NCBI GenBank assembly: GCA_000004985.1
Contig: GG738916.1
DNA: 64,000 bases
Strand: one strand, 5' to 3'
Source of the DNA: Naegleria gruberi
Taxonomy: Eukaryota
Each line of letters opens with the position of its first letter. Position 1 is the stretch's first letter. Of the stretch, positions 40,362 to 52,562 are shown in pieces. Both the position numbers and the translations under genes were made by a program. The notes beneath the pieces are model-generated. The model was given only the letters and a program-made list of their open reading frames with translations. It was not told where the DNA came from and ran no database searches.

Positions 40362-42464
40362 ATGAAAAATAATTCGCACGACCATCAACATCATCATCAC
40401 GAAGGATGCTCGCACGATCATCATCATCACCACGATGAGAATTGTACTCATGATCATGACCATCAACATCATCATCATGAAGGATGTTCGCATGATCATC
40501 ATCACCATGACGAAAATTGTTCTCATGAACATCATCATCATCACGATGAGAATTGTAGTCATGATCACGACCATGACCATCATCATCATGAAGGTTGCTC
40601 CCACGATCACGGACATCATCATCATCACCATCATGAAGGCTGTAATCATGATCACGATCATGGACATCACCATCATGAAATTCAAATTTTACCATACGCC
40701 AATGAAAAGAATAATAAGAAACATGTCAAAACCTTCTCCCCACTCATGTTGGCATGTTTACAGAATGATACAGCAACAGCATTGTCGCTTTCATCACCAG
40801 AAACAGTCAATGATAGATCAATTGATAATTTCACTGCTCTTCATTTTGCCATGATGAATGGTAATATCGCTCTAGTAGAAAGATTAGTAAAGGATGGTGC
40901 TAGACTTGATAAACGTACTATTACACATGATGGTATGACTCCTCTCATATTTGCTATCAAGGAAAGCCACTATGAATGTGTTAAAAAGTTTTTGGAATGT
41001 GCTAAATTAAAGTTGGAAGAAAATAGTGAATTACAAGAAGGTAAACTCACTATTCAAAAACTTGTCAACCAAGGAAACTTATTAGGAGAAACTCCACTTC
41101 ATCACGTCTGTAAATTGTTTATGCAAATCCCACATGCTCTCCATTTAGCTACCATTCTTATCGATTATGGAGCAAATGTAAATGCCACAGCTGTAGGTCT
41201 TTTAAAGGAGACTCCTCTTTTATATTTTGCTCGTTCCGTTCCTCCTGAAAGTGTCCTTCCAATGATGCAAAATGTTTCTCCCCACGTTTCTGCCCAATTT
41301 AAGAAATTTACTCAACTTTTCGAAACTCACAAGGCAACTTGTATCGAAGAACCAGCACCTGAAACTCCACTCTTACTTTTGGGAACTACTATACCGAAAG
41401 TTATTGTCCCTCCAGGTGTTCCTTCTCAATTATATGCCAACCATAGAGATAGTGCTAACAGAAAGTTGGAAACTGATTACGGAGGTGCCTATTGGAGTTA
41501 TGGCTGTATTGAACCATTCTACCATGGTAAGAAACCAAGAGTTAACATGGCTGTTGATGTCTACATTCCATTCACCAAACCACAAAAAGGTCTTACTGCT
41601 ACCACATTTAATGGATTCATTCATACTATTAATTATGCCAATCCAGAAAAGCCATCCAGAAGATATGAAGATATGGTTGATTTGGAAACTGGTAAGCGTT
41701 TGTCATTTGTTGCTACTTGTACTTTGAATATGAATCATGAGAAATTATCGGATATCTTCCCATCTCAAATGGAAGTCACTATTGAATGGAATCCAGAACA
41801 TAGCAGACATAATCCATGGGTTGTCACCAGAATTTTCGAACATTCTGATGAAAGTAACTCACTTCTTCAATTGGCTCAAGCTGCTTTTGTTTATGAACTT
41901 GAAAATGGTAGATCTGTACTTCCAAACTCAAAGCCACGTCGTTGTACCATGATCAAAGGATTGGAAGATCAACACGGCTCACATAACCACAAGATTCCTG
42001 CTCGTCTTCTTCTTGGAGTTGAAATGTTTAGTCCATATAAGTTTGTTGCTTTCAAATATGCTCCTGATGAATATGATAGTGAAGCTGATGTTCAGCTTAC
42101 TGATGAAACTGGTTTCAACAACATGTTAGGTCAATTAGTTCAAACAAGTGCCGAATTATTGAGACGAGGAAAACCACAATTGGATATCAAAATTGATGGA
42201 AAACTTTTGAATGTGAAAGAAATGATTGAAAATCAATTAAAGAAGAGAATGGAAAAAACTCTCAAAGCCACCCCACCAGCTGTCCAAGAAAAACCAAAAA
42301 CTCCAACTGTTGACAAGTGTGCCAACTGCAACAAGACAGGAACCAAGTCAGCACCTTTGAAGAGATGTTCAGGTTGCCAAAAAGTTTTCTATTGCTCTGG
42401 AAATTGTCAAAAGACACATTGGAGCTCCCACAAGACCGCATGTAAAAAATCAGTAACCAAATAA
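40362..42464 (+). CDS. His-rich / ankyrin-repeat / MYND zinc-finger protein
   Basis: N-terminal ~110 aa of (H)n-E-G/N-C-S/T-H-D-H repeats. Ankyrin repeats (TALHFAMMNGNIALVERLVKDGARLD, GMTPLIFAIKESHYECVKKFLE, GETPLHHVCK, ALHLATILIDYGANVNA). C-terminal MYND finger CANCNKTGTKSAPLKRCSGCQKVFYCSGNCQKTHWSSHKTAC. Confidence 0.6.
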   Translation: MKNNSHDHQHHHHEGCSHDHHHHHDENCTHDHDHQHHHHEGCSHDHHHHDENCSHEHHHHHDENCSHDHDHDHHHHEGCSHDHGHHHHHHHEGCNHDHDHGHHHHEIQILPYANEKNNKKHVKTFSPLMLACLQNDTATALSLSSPETVNDRSIDNFTALHFAMMNGNIALVERLVKDGARLDKRTITHDGMTPLIFAIKESHYECVKKFLECAKLKLEENSELQEGKLTIQKLVNQGNLLGETPLHHVCKLFMQIPHALHLATILIDYGANVNATAVGLLKETPLLYFARSVPPESVLPMMQNVSPHVSAQFKKFTQLFETHKATCIEEPAPETPLLLLGTTIPKVIVPPGVPSQLYANHRDSANRKLETDYGGAYWSYGCIEPFYHGKKPRVNMAVDVYIPFTKPQKGLTATTFNGFIHTINYANPEKPSRRYEDMVDLETGKRLSFVATCTLNMNHEKLSDIFPSQMEVTIEWNPEHSRHNPWVVTRIFEHSDESNSLLQLAQAAFVYELENGRSVLPNSKPRRCTMIKGLEDQHGSHNHKIPARLLLGVEMFSPYKFVAFKYAPDEYDSEADVQLTDETGFNNMLGQLVQTSAELLRRGKPQLDIKIDGKLLNVKEMIENQLKKRMEKTLKATPPAVQEKPKTPTVDKCANCNKTGTKSAPLKRCSGCQKVFYCSGNCQKTHWSSHKTACKKSVTK

Positions 42465-42557
42465 AGATCCAAAAAAACTTGGAGTCCATTTTAGTGATTG
42501 TTACTAATTAATATTTCAATTCAAATAAGAAATAATTAGAGATTAGAGAGAAAAAAA

Positions 42558-43451
42558 ATGGACGAAGATGTGGAATGGTTCTTGTCGTTGCAAAAATTGG
42601 GATTTTCCAACGAACAAATTGTGGACATGTGGAAGGAAAAGAATAAAGAAGCAATTAGCGAAAATCAAAACAAACAAAAGAAACGAAAAATTGAATTATG
42701 TTTGCACAGTTGTGAGGAAGAACAAATTGGACACAAATTTAATTTTCTGAGTGATGAAGCAATCGGAGTGGTGTTTGCGTTTGTGAATGAGAATTTCTGT
42801 GCATTCCGATTAATGTTGGTGAGTAAACAGTTCGAAAGAGTGGTTGTTTCGTCCATTAAAATATTAAATCTCAATAAGAAGGCAATTCCCAAGATTCCCC
42901 AATTGATAAATTCAAATTTGTGTGAGCCAATTGAGAGATTAATTGTCCACACAGAATTGGAACATTCATTACTGCAACAATTAGTTCACAAATGTGTAAA
43001 TATCAAACATTTAACTGCATCTATTCGAAAGCCACCATTTAACATTTCATTTACGAGTCCAACCATTCAGGAAATTAACATAATAGATGTGCGAGAAACC
43101 AAACCAAAGGTACATTTCGCAAGTGAGAATCTGGAATATTATCCACAACCACAGATACCAAATCCACAACCTAAACCATTGATTCGAACAGATTTATCAG
43201 AATCTAAGATTTTATTGATAAAAAAGTTTGTGGATAATACAATTTTGAAGGATTGCAATCTTGCAAATGAGGAAAACAAAGCTAGAATTCTCAGATGCAT
43301 GATGACCATACCAAATGAGCTAGACGAAACAGAAGAAACATTTCTAATTCATGAGGAAAGAGTTGGAAATGAACTGCATCAAATTTACTTTAATTTCAAA
43401 TATAGCAATTGCAAATGGACTAAAATTTTACAGAAAGAACACATGATTTAA
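42558..43451 (+). CDS. Hypothetical F-box-like protein (297 aa)
   Basis: F-box-like LSDEAIGVVFAFVNENFCAFRLMLVSKQFERVV. No other domains recognised. Confidence 0.3.
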   Translation: MDEDVEWFLSLQKLGFSNEQIVDMWKEKNKEAISENQNKQKKRKIELCLHSCEEEQIGHKFNFLSDEAIGVVFAFVNENFCAFRLMLVSKQFERVVVSSIKILNLNKKAIPKIPQLINSNLCEPIERLIVHTELEHSLLQQLVHKCVNIKHLTASIRKPPFNISFTSPTIQEINIIDVRETKPKVHFASENLEYYPQPQIPNPQPKPLIRTDLSESKILLIKKFVDNTILKDCNLANEENKARILRCMMTIPNELDETEETFLIHEERVGNELHQIYFNFKYSNCKWTKILQKEHMI

Positions 43452-43540
43452 ATAAACAACTAAACTTTCCTTGTAAAATTTGATCTTTGCAACAAACCAA
43501 ATGTTTTTGAAAATGAATTTCTCAAAATGACACTTGAAGT

Positions 43541-46500
43541 TTATTGAGTCTGCTTAAACATGGCCAGTTGTTTGTAAACTTTGAGCTTTGTTTGCTCATT
43601 TTCAATTAAACCAACAATCCAAGAAGAAACAGGAATGCTAAAAGCTCTCAAAATTCTTCTAGTCAACAATGCGATATTCAACACTGTAAATCTCTTAATG
43701 AGTCTTCTTGTTGGAGAAACAATTAACAACATTTCAAAGCAATAACCAATAGCCAAATGTGACAATGAATAAATTACTATCCTCAACTTGTAATAGAGTG
43801 GAAAATTAATCAAGCTTATTGCCTGTTTCAATAAATCAGTAGGTATGAAAAGTAAATAAGCTGTTGCCAAATAAATAATGATAATGAAAAGTGTAAAGGT
43901 AACTAATTGGAAATATTAACATCAAACTATTCTTATAATAAACTTACAATTGTTTGTAATGATTGGCAACTTGAATGGTTTTGAAATACTCATACAAATA
44001 GAAATATTGATAATACAGAATGTACACACAAAGAACATTATTGTCGTCTCATAGGAACGCAATAAATCATTCTTATAGTACATAAAGTTTGTGTTAATGG
44101 TTGGAGAGAACCATGGCTCACGCATAATTTCAGTCCAAACATGGAAAATGAAAGCAGAAGCAAGGAGAACGTGACCACCAAGGGAAAGGAAAATAAATCT
44201 GGAAATGAGGGTTGTTGGTGGTTTTTCTCTTTTCAGAGCTAAACTTGCATCAGTTCTCGTCATTAACAAGGTTGTTGGCATGACTACAATTAAATCAATA
44301 AATAAAAATTGAAAATCCACAAAATTACAATTTCTAGAGAGTAAGACAACAATTGTCATGATTTGAACAATAGAATAGAGGGCAATGAATTTGAAAATTT
44401 GGAAAAAGGTAAGTAAGCTTGCTCTACCTTCACGAATAACTGTAACCATTGAACCGACAGTTGGTTTCAAACTAGTGAATGGTGCTGCGACTGATATTTC
44501 TTCTGAAAGGGAAATACCAACATGGGCCGATCTGAGAGCACCCAAATCGTTGGCACCATCTCCAATCATACCTACGTCATATCCCATTTTTTGAAGTTCT
44601 GTCACTAGGGTTTTCTTATGATTAGGCGAAAATCTGGCATAAATATTGCATGATGTAAGAATGATATGAAGTAGAGAAGGTCTCTTAGTGTTAATGTATG
44701 GCTCTCTTCTGGTTTTCTTTACGAATAATCGATGTTCATTGTGTACATATTCAAACACCTCCCCAACAACTACAATGTCAATATTACGCAACTTGAGCAG
44801 CTCTTCTGTAGTAATTACTTGTCCACTCTCTGTTTGTCTCCACATGATATTCTGAATATAATCCACATTGGAGACTATTTCTCTCTTCAATTCACTCAAG
44901 TAACAATCCTTCTTTTTTTCAATAACTTTTGACTTTCTGGCAACATTTATGGAAGTGTATGCATTGTCACCACTACAAATGATGCACTTGATATTACAGT
45001 CCAATAATGTTTTGATGGATTTTGAAGTTCCTTTCTTTACCTTGTTTTCTACCAAGAGTAGACCAATAAATTCCATTTCTGATTCTACATATTCTCTTGG
45101 AAGGGTTTCCAACTCGGATAAAGTGAGATTGCTTGGTAATGTTTTACTGGCCAGTGCCATAACTCGATAGCCCTTCTGAGCATAACATTTCAACATGTCA
45201 GAGTAATTTGGAGGAATTGAGGATGGTTTAGAAATGGACTTGACAGATTCAGCACTACCTTTAGCAAATGCGTGTAAATTTCCAGTTGCATTATTCTTAA
45301 TTACTACAGACATTCTCTGAACTGAGCTCTTGAAATCAAAAACATTCAATTTAGAATAGGATTTCTCAACCTTCTGATCTGTTGACTCAAAGAATATTGT
45401 ATGACCATAAGCTGACTCGGAAATATCTTGCATGGACCACTTGCTAGTCTGGAATAATTTAGAATCCAAAGGATCACCAATAAAAGTTGTACCAACTCTA
45501 CTAAGATTGTTACAACATGCCAAACATTGAACCAATGTGCTATTAGAAGCAAATAATTTCGAAATGTTAGTTCCCTTGACATATGGATGAAAGAGACCTT
45601 CAACGGATGGGAAAATTCCATGAACATCTATTTCATTCTCGGTTATTGTGTTGGTCTTGTCAAAAACTGCAATTTTGACATATCCAGGAAGGTTAACTCG
45701 TAATGGTGAAGTACACAAAATCTTCCTCTTTCCCAATCTTCTCATAGTAAATGTTATTGTTGTTGTCATGGCCAATGGCAGGGTAGGAGGCACACTAATA
45801 GTGATAATATCTAGAATGTGTAAAAAGACATTTCCAGCTGGTGCTCCCAATTTGAATAGATTTGCAGCTGTTCCAATAATTCCAATAAATCCAGTCACTA
45901 CTAATACAATTAAGAATTTGAGAGAATCTCTATAAACATTAAACTCTGCAGTCTTTGGGAATAGAATTGATAAGAGTAATTTTCCTTTCAGAGTATTGAA
46001 TCCTGTTTGACTCACAATACCAAAGCATTTGTTTGCGAATAGACTGTTAGGAGAAGGTTTGGCTGTCAAAACTTGCGTTCCAGAAAATATTGTGTGATTA
46101 TTCTCTCTAGAAGGGTAATATAACTTGGCGTCATCATAGGGCAGTGGCCTCTTCTTGACTGGAATACTGTCACCTGTTAATTTTGATTCATTAACAATAA
46201 CTTGACCACCCAACAAAATAACATCACAAGGCAATGTCATACCATCAGTAATTTCAATAATATCTCCAGGGAATAAATCGAGAGAGTCCATTTCTTCCTC
46301 CTCTTCATTTCTCTTACTAGCATTCTCTTCTGAATAGATTGTTCTATTATATTTAGATGGTGCTCTCAGTGCAAGTCTATTTACAAAGCAATGATTCGAA
46401 GTCAAGTCCTTCAATTTTTTCAAATTATCATATGTTCTCCAAAAACTGAATGATATAACTATCAGAGTAACTATTGCTATTGAAATGCAATAAGTGTAAT

Positions 46501-47875
46501 ATTGTTCCAAAAACCAAAGCACAAGGATGAATACTTGGAAAAGGTAGAATGGATGTAAAATTTCATCTAATAGAATTTGTACTCCTGATTTCATTGGAAT
46601 TTCCGTAGAATTTTTACCAAATAGTAACTCTCTCAATTCTCTTTCATTTTCTGCTTCCTTTTCAGCCATTTTGTGAATTTTAGAAAATGGAATACATGTG
46701 TTAAATCTAACCCTGTGAAAACTATCCGTCACAGGATCATATATAAATACTAGAAATCTATATACAAAATATCGCACCATGATAGGTTCAAACGAAACTC
46801 TCAAATCCGAATCAAAATTCCTCACAAATCCTTTCTTAATTTTTACAATCGTCCACTGGTTTGTCTCCTTCGCCTTGATTAATACCTTTGAAGCATCAGC
46901 AAAGGAGTGACCATTGTTACTACTATACGAATAGGTCATGTATGATTTGAGCCATTTTAGCCACCGACAGCAAACCAACAATGAACCAGCACTCGCAACT
47001 ACACACAACCAAAACAATACTTCCAAGTAGAATTGATGCCTCAGTCCTTTTATCGAGGCAATTTCATGAACATACTTGCTTTGATTATCCAAATATTCTT
47101 CCTCTGGAGCATGTGAAAAATCCGAATCATCGTCAGGATCTTCAAAATGGAGTGAGAGGGAAGTTCTATGGAAGTGTGTATTTGGTTGAGTGGAAAATGA
47201 GAGTGGTGAGGAAGGATTTTGTTCGTCGTCATCAGAATGTGCAACAATTGGCTCATCCACATGTAACTGTTGTTGATGAGAAGCAGCTGCTCCTGGTGGC
47301 ACTGTAGCTTGTTGATGATGTGGTTTTTGCCTACTAGTAAGTGTGGAACTTCCCGATGATGTATACTCATTCAAAATTGCTTGCAAACTTGTTGATTGTT
47401 GCTTCTTGATGTGATGATGATGACTAAACTTATTCAATGAATAACTACTATTACTCGGACTAATTGGTGTTGGAGGATTTAAAGTGGGTGGAGAGTAGGA
47501 AACATTATAGTCTTCAATGAGAACCTCCTCCATATTACTACTACTATTATCATTGTCCACATGTTGGCGATGATTTGAATTATTAGTGAAGGAAGATAGT
47601 GAGTGAGGAATGATAACACTCACACTCTCCAAATCATCCAGACTACCACTACTACTACCCATATTCATATTCATATTATTATTTTGTTCTTCATCATTAT
47701 GAAACCTTTCATCTTCATCTATTGTTGATAATGTCGATTCATTCATCATTGCACTCTCGGAATCTACTCTAAATAAATTATTGTTGTTATTATTATTATC
47801 TTTGTTGTCGTTGTTATTATCAATGGCCAATTGATGAAGAGAATCATCCGAGCCTACAACATTACTATTCTTCAT
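43541..47875 (-). CDS. P5-type (P5B-like) P-type ATPase: complement(join(43541..43902,43948..47875))
   Basis: Actuator motif LTGDSIPV. M4 motif VPPTLPLAMT (PPxxP). Phosphorylation-site block FDKTNTITENE (DKTGT variant). Hinge MIGDGANDLGALRSAHVGISL. About 290-aa Asn/Ser/Gln-rich N-terminal extension. A 45-nt GTAAGT..TTAG intron in phase 1 joins the main ORF to the downstream 109-aa ORF, which encodes the last TM helices. Confidence 0.65.
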
Positions 47876-48232
47876 ATCTCTAAAAAGTAAAAATTAATGT
47901 ATTTGAAAGCCAACACCACAAGCAAGAAAAAAAGAATCACCAGCAAGCAAATGACTTGTGCGTTTTTTTGTTGTTTTTTCTTGTTCTTTGTTGTTTTCGA
48001 TTTTTTTACTTTTTTAACGTTAAAATTTGTACAAATTAGATAAGTGATAAACTTTACTGTAATGATCAAAGTGTCGAAATGGATGTTCTTTGCATTTCAT
48101 TGTTTTGGAGAGGTGCTTTGGTGCTGAGAGGGAAAATGGGTGGATTGAACTTTGGAGAAAGAGGGAATGATTTTCACATCGAGTGTGAAATTTGATTTTG
48201 TTTGAATGAGGATTTAAGGATTTGCAAAATAT

Positions 48233-48859
48233 TTATTGATTTTGACAAGTGGATTCTGGAACTGGGAATGAAAAATCAGAGGCACTTGATTGTCCCATAA
48301 TATTAAAAGTAGTAATTAAAGTTGGTTGACCATCTCCAATAATCTTGTACATTTGGAGTGGAAGTTGGAAAGCTCCAGTATGATTAGTATTGATATAATA
48401 ATCGATCACCATATTGGTAACAACTTTGTTATCATATCTATCACAAGTTCCAATTTTTTGAGTCATGATATTCAAGCAATTATTAACAATTCCAGTATAT
48501 TGCATTCCAGAAATAATGGCAGATCTCAATGGATCCATAGCCAAATTATGCATTCCAGCATTTTTACGTCTAGTACAAGTCCACTTTCCATTTGAATATT
48601 CAGTAAAGGCATAGAAAGTATCAACAGATTGAACATAGAAATAGGATTCATGGAAACCTTGTGGAGTAACAACTTTATGAGAGAAGAGACCCTTGTTATG
48701 ATTGGCAGCAACTTGAGTTTGGAAAATCTTGTTCTTTACATAATCATTTTGGATCATGGTGTAATCGTCAGGTAAATACAAAGATGGATCGGAGGAAACT
48801 ACTCCGATGATGATCATCAGTGTGATGAAGAGAATGATGGAAGCTTTGCTTGTTTGCAT
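48233..48859 (-). CDS. Hypothetical secreted protein (208 aa)
   Basis: Clear signal peptide MQTSKASIILFITLMIIIGVVSS. Four Cys. No recognised domain. Confidence 0.35.
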   Translation of the reverse strand: MQTSKASIILFITLMIIIGVVSSDPSLYLPDDYTMIQNDYVKNKIFQTQVAANHNKGLFSHKVVTPQGFHESYFYVQSVDTFYAFTEYSNGKWTCTRRKNAGMHNLAMDPLRSAIISGMQYTGIVNNCLNIMTQKIGTCDRYDNKVVTNMVIDYYINTNHTGAFQLPLQMYKIIGDGQPTLITTFNIMGQSSASDFSFPVPESTCQNQ

Positions 48860-49136
48860 TTTTTTTTAATTTCGTTTTTTATTAAAATTGTGAAATGTTT
48901 GCGGAGTTACTTCTCCGAAATAGTAATCCATTACAGTTTTCCATAAAGCAAACAAATAATTGATATATAATTGTTCAATATTCAATATACAATATATCTT
49001 TGAAATTCAAAATATTTTACAAAAATTGAAAGATAAGGAACTTGTGAACTTGCTTCCCTTTCTCTTTTCCTTATTTAAATGGAGAGGACAAAGCAAAACT
49101 TGATAAATTTAATAAAAAACAAAGATAAAAGAAAGA

Positions 49137-49496
49137 ATGGGCAACGTACAAGAGCCAGCTAAACCAGCAACCAAATTTGATAATCTTTTGGAAGATTGTC
49201 CACATCCAAAAGGATGTTTGGCTTCATTTATGAAAACTGTTCCTGTAGAGGTGAAATTACACACCTTTTCATACGTTCCAATGAAGGATTTACCTAATTT
49301 ATTGTTAATTTCTAAACGATTGAAAAATTCCATTCTTGGATTTGATAATTTATTTGAAATTTATTATTCTGAATTTAGAAAGACGGCATTCGATGAAAGA
49401 AAACAACTTTCAAGAGGAAGGTGGAATTATGACCTAGATGAAAGTTATTATCCACAGATTATTCCAGAAAATATGAAAGAAATTCAAACAAAATAG
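49137..49496 (+). CDS. Hypothetical small protein (119 aa), possible N-myristoylation (MGN..)
   Basis: ORF with ATG context AAAGAATGG. Begins MGNVQEP. No recognised domain. Confidence 0.25.
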   Translation: MGNVQEPAKPATKFDNLLEDCPHPKGCLASFMKTVPVEVKLHTFSYVPMKDLPNLLLISKRLKNSILGFDNLFEIYYSEFRKTAFDERKQLSRGRWNYDLDESYYPQIIPENMKEIQTK

Positions 49497-49683
49497 AACA
49501 GCAAGAAAATTTCACAAAATTACAAAAGATTGAAAAAGGTAGCTCTGGATCATATTAGAGAAAAAGCTAGTCGTCAACAATCTGCCATGCAAAGATGCGC
49601 TGAATGAAACTCATTTGTTTTGAAGAAATTGTTTAAAACAATTCCAATTTCACAATTGATATACCTAGTGAAGTATTGTAGTT

Positions 49684-51384
49684 CTAATTCTGATTTTCTC
49701 TCAAGAATCTTGAAATATCCGAATTGGCTTGAGTCAAACGATGCATTACATCAGATAAATCCTGAATACAATGCAATTCCAATCCATCAAATAGAGTGGA
49801 GGGTAAATTCTCATCTCCACACTTTTCAATTTCAATCATTAGGTCAGAACGTGCTTTCTCAATGGATGCCATATTCAATTCAAGAGGAGAATTCAAAGAA
49901 ATATAATTATCAATAATAAATTTGGCAATTTCCTTTCGATTTTTGACTTGTTGTGGAGATTTGTATCTTTGAATATCTTGCCAACAAAGTACAGGTTCAG
50001 GACAATAGGATCTTCTCGCAAAATCCAATAAAATATTGAATGTCTTTCTGTTTTTCAGAACTAGCTCTGCACCACTTATCACTTCCTTTTTTGATTCCTC
50101 TACTGAAACTGATTTCAAATTATTCCAAGCAATTTTCAATTCCTGATTGAGTTCATAACAAACAGGCAATAGTACACACACAACAGTCTCCAAAGAAAGT
50201 GCTGTGCACATAAAGAGCAAATAGGGCACATAATAATCGATCAATGATCCAACAATTGGTATAAAACCAGCTACAATAAAAGCTCCCATTCCAATCGATT
50301 GAATCACCACATAAATCAATGATTCCTTCTTAATATTCCATGTATCTCTATCTGATCTGATACATAAAATCAATGTAAATACCTCCATGGCAATATAAAT
50401 AATTGCCTCTGTCAAGATTATTCCAAGAATACTACTAGTCATGATACATCCATAACCAGACTCAAAGAAACCAGCTGGAATGAGAGCTCTTTTTGCTGAA
50501 GGATCTGTTTTCTTATTGATTGTGTAGACAATTTCATCAATTCCACCAACAATGGCCCATAAAATAGTTTGAAATACGAAAACTCCCAAATAAACCAAAA
50601 TGACGAAAGAGTGACTGCCCATAAATTGGAAGAATTTCATTTTCCTCAGTTCTTTCATTGGAATTTCAATCTCACGATTGGAAATGGATTCTTTTGCATC
50701 TATGAAAACAACTTCATTAGTACTGGTTGAGGATTGTAAACTTGTTGGTGTGTCCAGTGGTGTATCCACAGGTGTGGCTGATTTTGGAGATGAAGAAGTG
50801 GTTGAAATTGAAGAATGAAACAATTCTTGATGTGGCATTCTAATAGTTGATGGTAATTCCTTTTCGTCTACATTACTCTGCTCATCCAAATGTCCATAAA
50901 GTTTCGTCTTTTGTAAATTAAACTTGTACATGAAATACAACTTTAAACATCGACAAATTGTCGGCAAACAAATCACAGGTCCAGTTACAAAGAAACACCA
51001 AGAATAAAGCGAACAAGGAAATTGCTTTCGTCCAATAATTATTCGAAGGCAAAATATTGCCACAAAGAATAAACCTGAAAACATGGTCAAGAAGAGATGT
51101 GATAAATTTCTCGCAACAACATGTCCTGAATTTCTCTTCCACAAAATCAATATCGAAGTGACAACCAATAAGCTTACATATAATATTAGAAAGGTCAACA
51201 CGACACCAAACGAAACTGTTGTATCAGGACAAATATCGTAATCTTGATTGGGATTGGCTTCTCGGCTGTATGGTGTTGTGAAGAGTGTTGGATCGCAAAA
51301 AGTTGAATTATTGCTGCTCGACGAGTTATTCGATTGTGATTCGTATAGAATGTGAAGAATCGAATAAAAGAGTTGATCTGTCAT
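49684..51384 (-). CDS. Seven-transmembrane receptor-like protein with C-terminal RGS domain (second in window)
   Basis: N-terminal glycosylation-rich segment, seven hydrophobic helices, then KTFNILLDFARRSYCPEPVLCWQDIQRYK...AKFIIDNYISLNSPLELNMASIEKARSDLM, which matches the RGS fold consensus. Confidence 0.5.
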   Translation of the reverse strand: MTDQLFYSILHILYESQSNNSSSSNNSTFCDPTLFTTPYSREANPNQDYDICPDTTVSFGVVLTFLILYVSLLVVTSILILWKRNSGHVVARNLSHLFLTMFSGLFFVAIFCLRIIIGRKQFPCSLYSWCFFVTGPVICLPTICRCLKLYFMYKFNLQKTKLYGHLDEQSNVDEKELPSTIRMPHQELFHSSISTTSSSPKSATPVDTPLDTPTSLQSSTSTNEVVFIDAKESISNREIEIPMKELRKMKFFQFMGSHSFVILVYLGVFVFQTILWAIVGGIDEIVYTINKKTDPSAKRALIPAGFFESGYGCIMTSSILGIILTEAIIYIAMEVFTLILCIRSDRDTWNIKKESLIYVVIQSIGMGAFIVAGFIPIVGSLIDYYVPYLLFMCTALSLETVVCVLLPVCYELNQELKIAWNNLKSVSVEESKKEVISGAELVLKNRKTFNILLDFARRSYCPEPVLCWQDIQRYKSPQQVKNRKEIAKFIIDNYISLNSPLELNMASIEKARSDLMIEIEKCGDENLPSTLFDGLELHCIQDLSDVMHRLTQANSDISRFLRENQN

Positions 51385-51746
51385 GTTGTGAGTAAAGAGA
51401 CAATTTTTTGTATACAGCTTGTTAAGAAACTTTTCTGCAATTGATGTGCCTTTTCACATTTTGATGTTTCTAAATCATTCAATGATGTCTGACTTGATGT
51501 CCGTAAACAGAATTTTTGTAATGATTCACATGCATTATTTAGACCAACTCGTTCTTTTAGCTTTTTTAGGATTCTCACCATACTAACCTGTAAAAAATTA
51601 TTTTCACAACCTTTCTTTGTAAACTCTATTGTAAAATGGCTCAATAATTATGGAGGAGAAATAAACTGGATCAATTTCGCCGCATTCTCAAATCCTTAAT
51701 AAGCTTCCCGCCAAACTAGGATATACAAAAAAACAATTAAAAAAAA

Positions 51747-52204
51747 ATGTTCAAACAAAAAACTGCCGTCGCTGAAAAGCCGACTGTTGTGATTGAGTTC
51801 GGAGTAAGTTATTTGATGAGAATCATCAATTTTTTATATTAAGGAACAAATAATCATCATCTTCTCGCGATGTAAAATTGATAATGATGCGTTCGTATTT
51901 AATATAGTTAACAGCTTGCTGAGGTTCGCCACCTATGCACAAAACTTCCAAATTAACTGGATTTGTGGATAGGTTAAAGGAACTTGGATTGGCTGTTGTA
52001 TTGAAACCTGTTGATGATTTTGGAACTGTTGAAGTTTATTTTGTTGTGGAGGGAGAATTGATTTTGCCATCCTCTGAGAATAAGGTATTCGAAGGAAGAT
52101 TGTATCAGTTCTATGCCTCTGGAGAGAGTGATTCTGAGAAGAGAGCTAGAATGGCAATTCAGAAAAAGATGGCTCAATTGAAAGAACCAACTCTTTTGAA
52201 ATGA
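51747..52204 (+). CDS. Small hypothetical gene. A candidate 5' exon (51747..51803, MFKQKTAVAEKPTVVIEFG followed by a GTAAGT donor) plus ORF 51935..52204. The exon join is unresolved.
   Basis: The short ORF ends exactly at a canonical GTAAGT donor. The downstream ORF frame is open only from 51923, and I could not find an in-phase AG acceptor. The model is incomplete. Confidence 0.25.
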
Positions 52205-52562
52205 GCTGTTAATGGTTATTGAGAGAGAAGTTTGTTGGTGGATTGAGTGACGAATTGATTGGTGTAAACTTTACTCCATATCCATCCTTTAGATGATTGG
52301 AGTTATCACTGCAAATCTGAGAGAATTCATCAATAAAGTACTCGAACAAGACCCTAATTATTCCTTTATATTTTCATCATTATAATACATTATCCTATTA
52401 TCCAAAGAGCATATTCTAGATGCAACACAAGAAGGGGAAGTTTTATTATTTACAGAGAGGCATATTGTCTTGTGACTTGATAATAATAACTACATTATTT
52501 AGAATATATAGAGTGAATTGAAGTGAGATGTAAAGTTGAAAACAACCAATAATAATAATCAT

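Noticed and set aside
40117-40854. Three overlapping ORFs (40117-40695 minus, 40314-40685 minus, 40435-40854 plus) rich in D/H or M/I/V
   Set aside because: They are frame and strand mirrors of the cat/gat/cac codon repeats that encode the His-rich N-terminus of the 40362-42464 gene. They have no independent start context or domain.
43541-43870. Stand-alone 109-aa membrane ORF
   Set aside because: Its 'M' is TTG, and its frame is joined in phase 1 through a 45-nt GTAAGT...AG intron to the P5 ATPase. It is reinterpreted as that gene's terminal exon.
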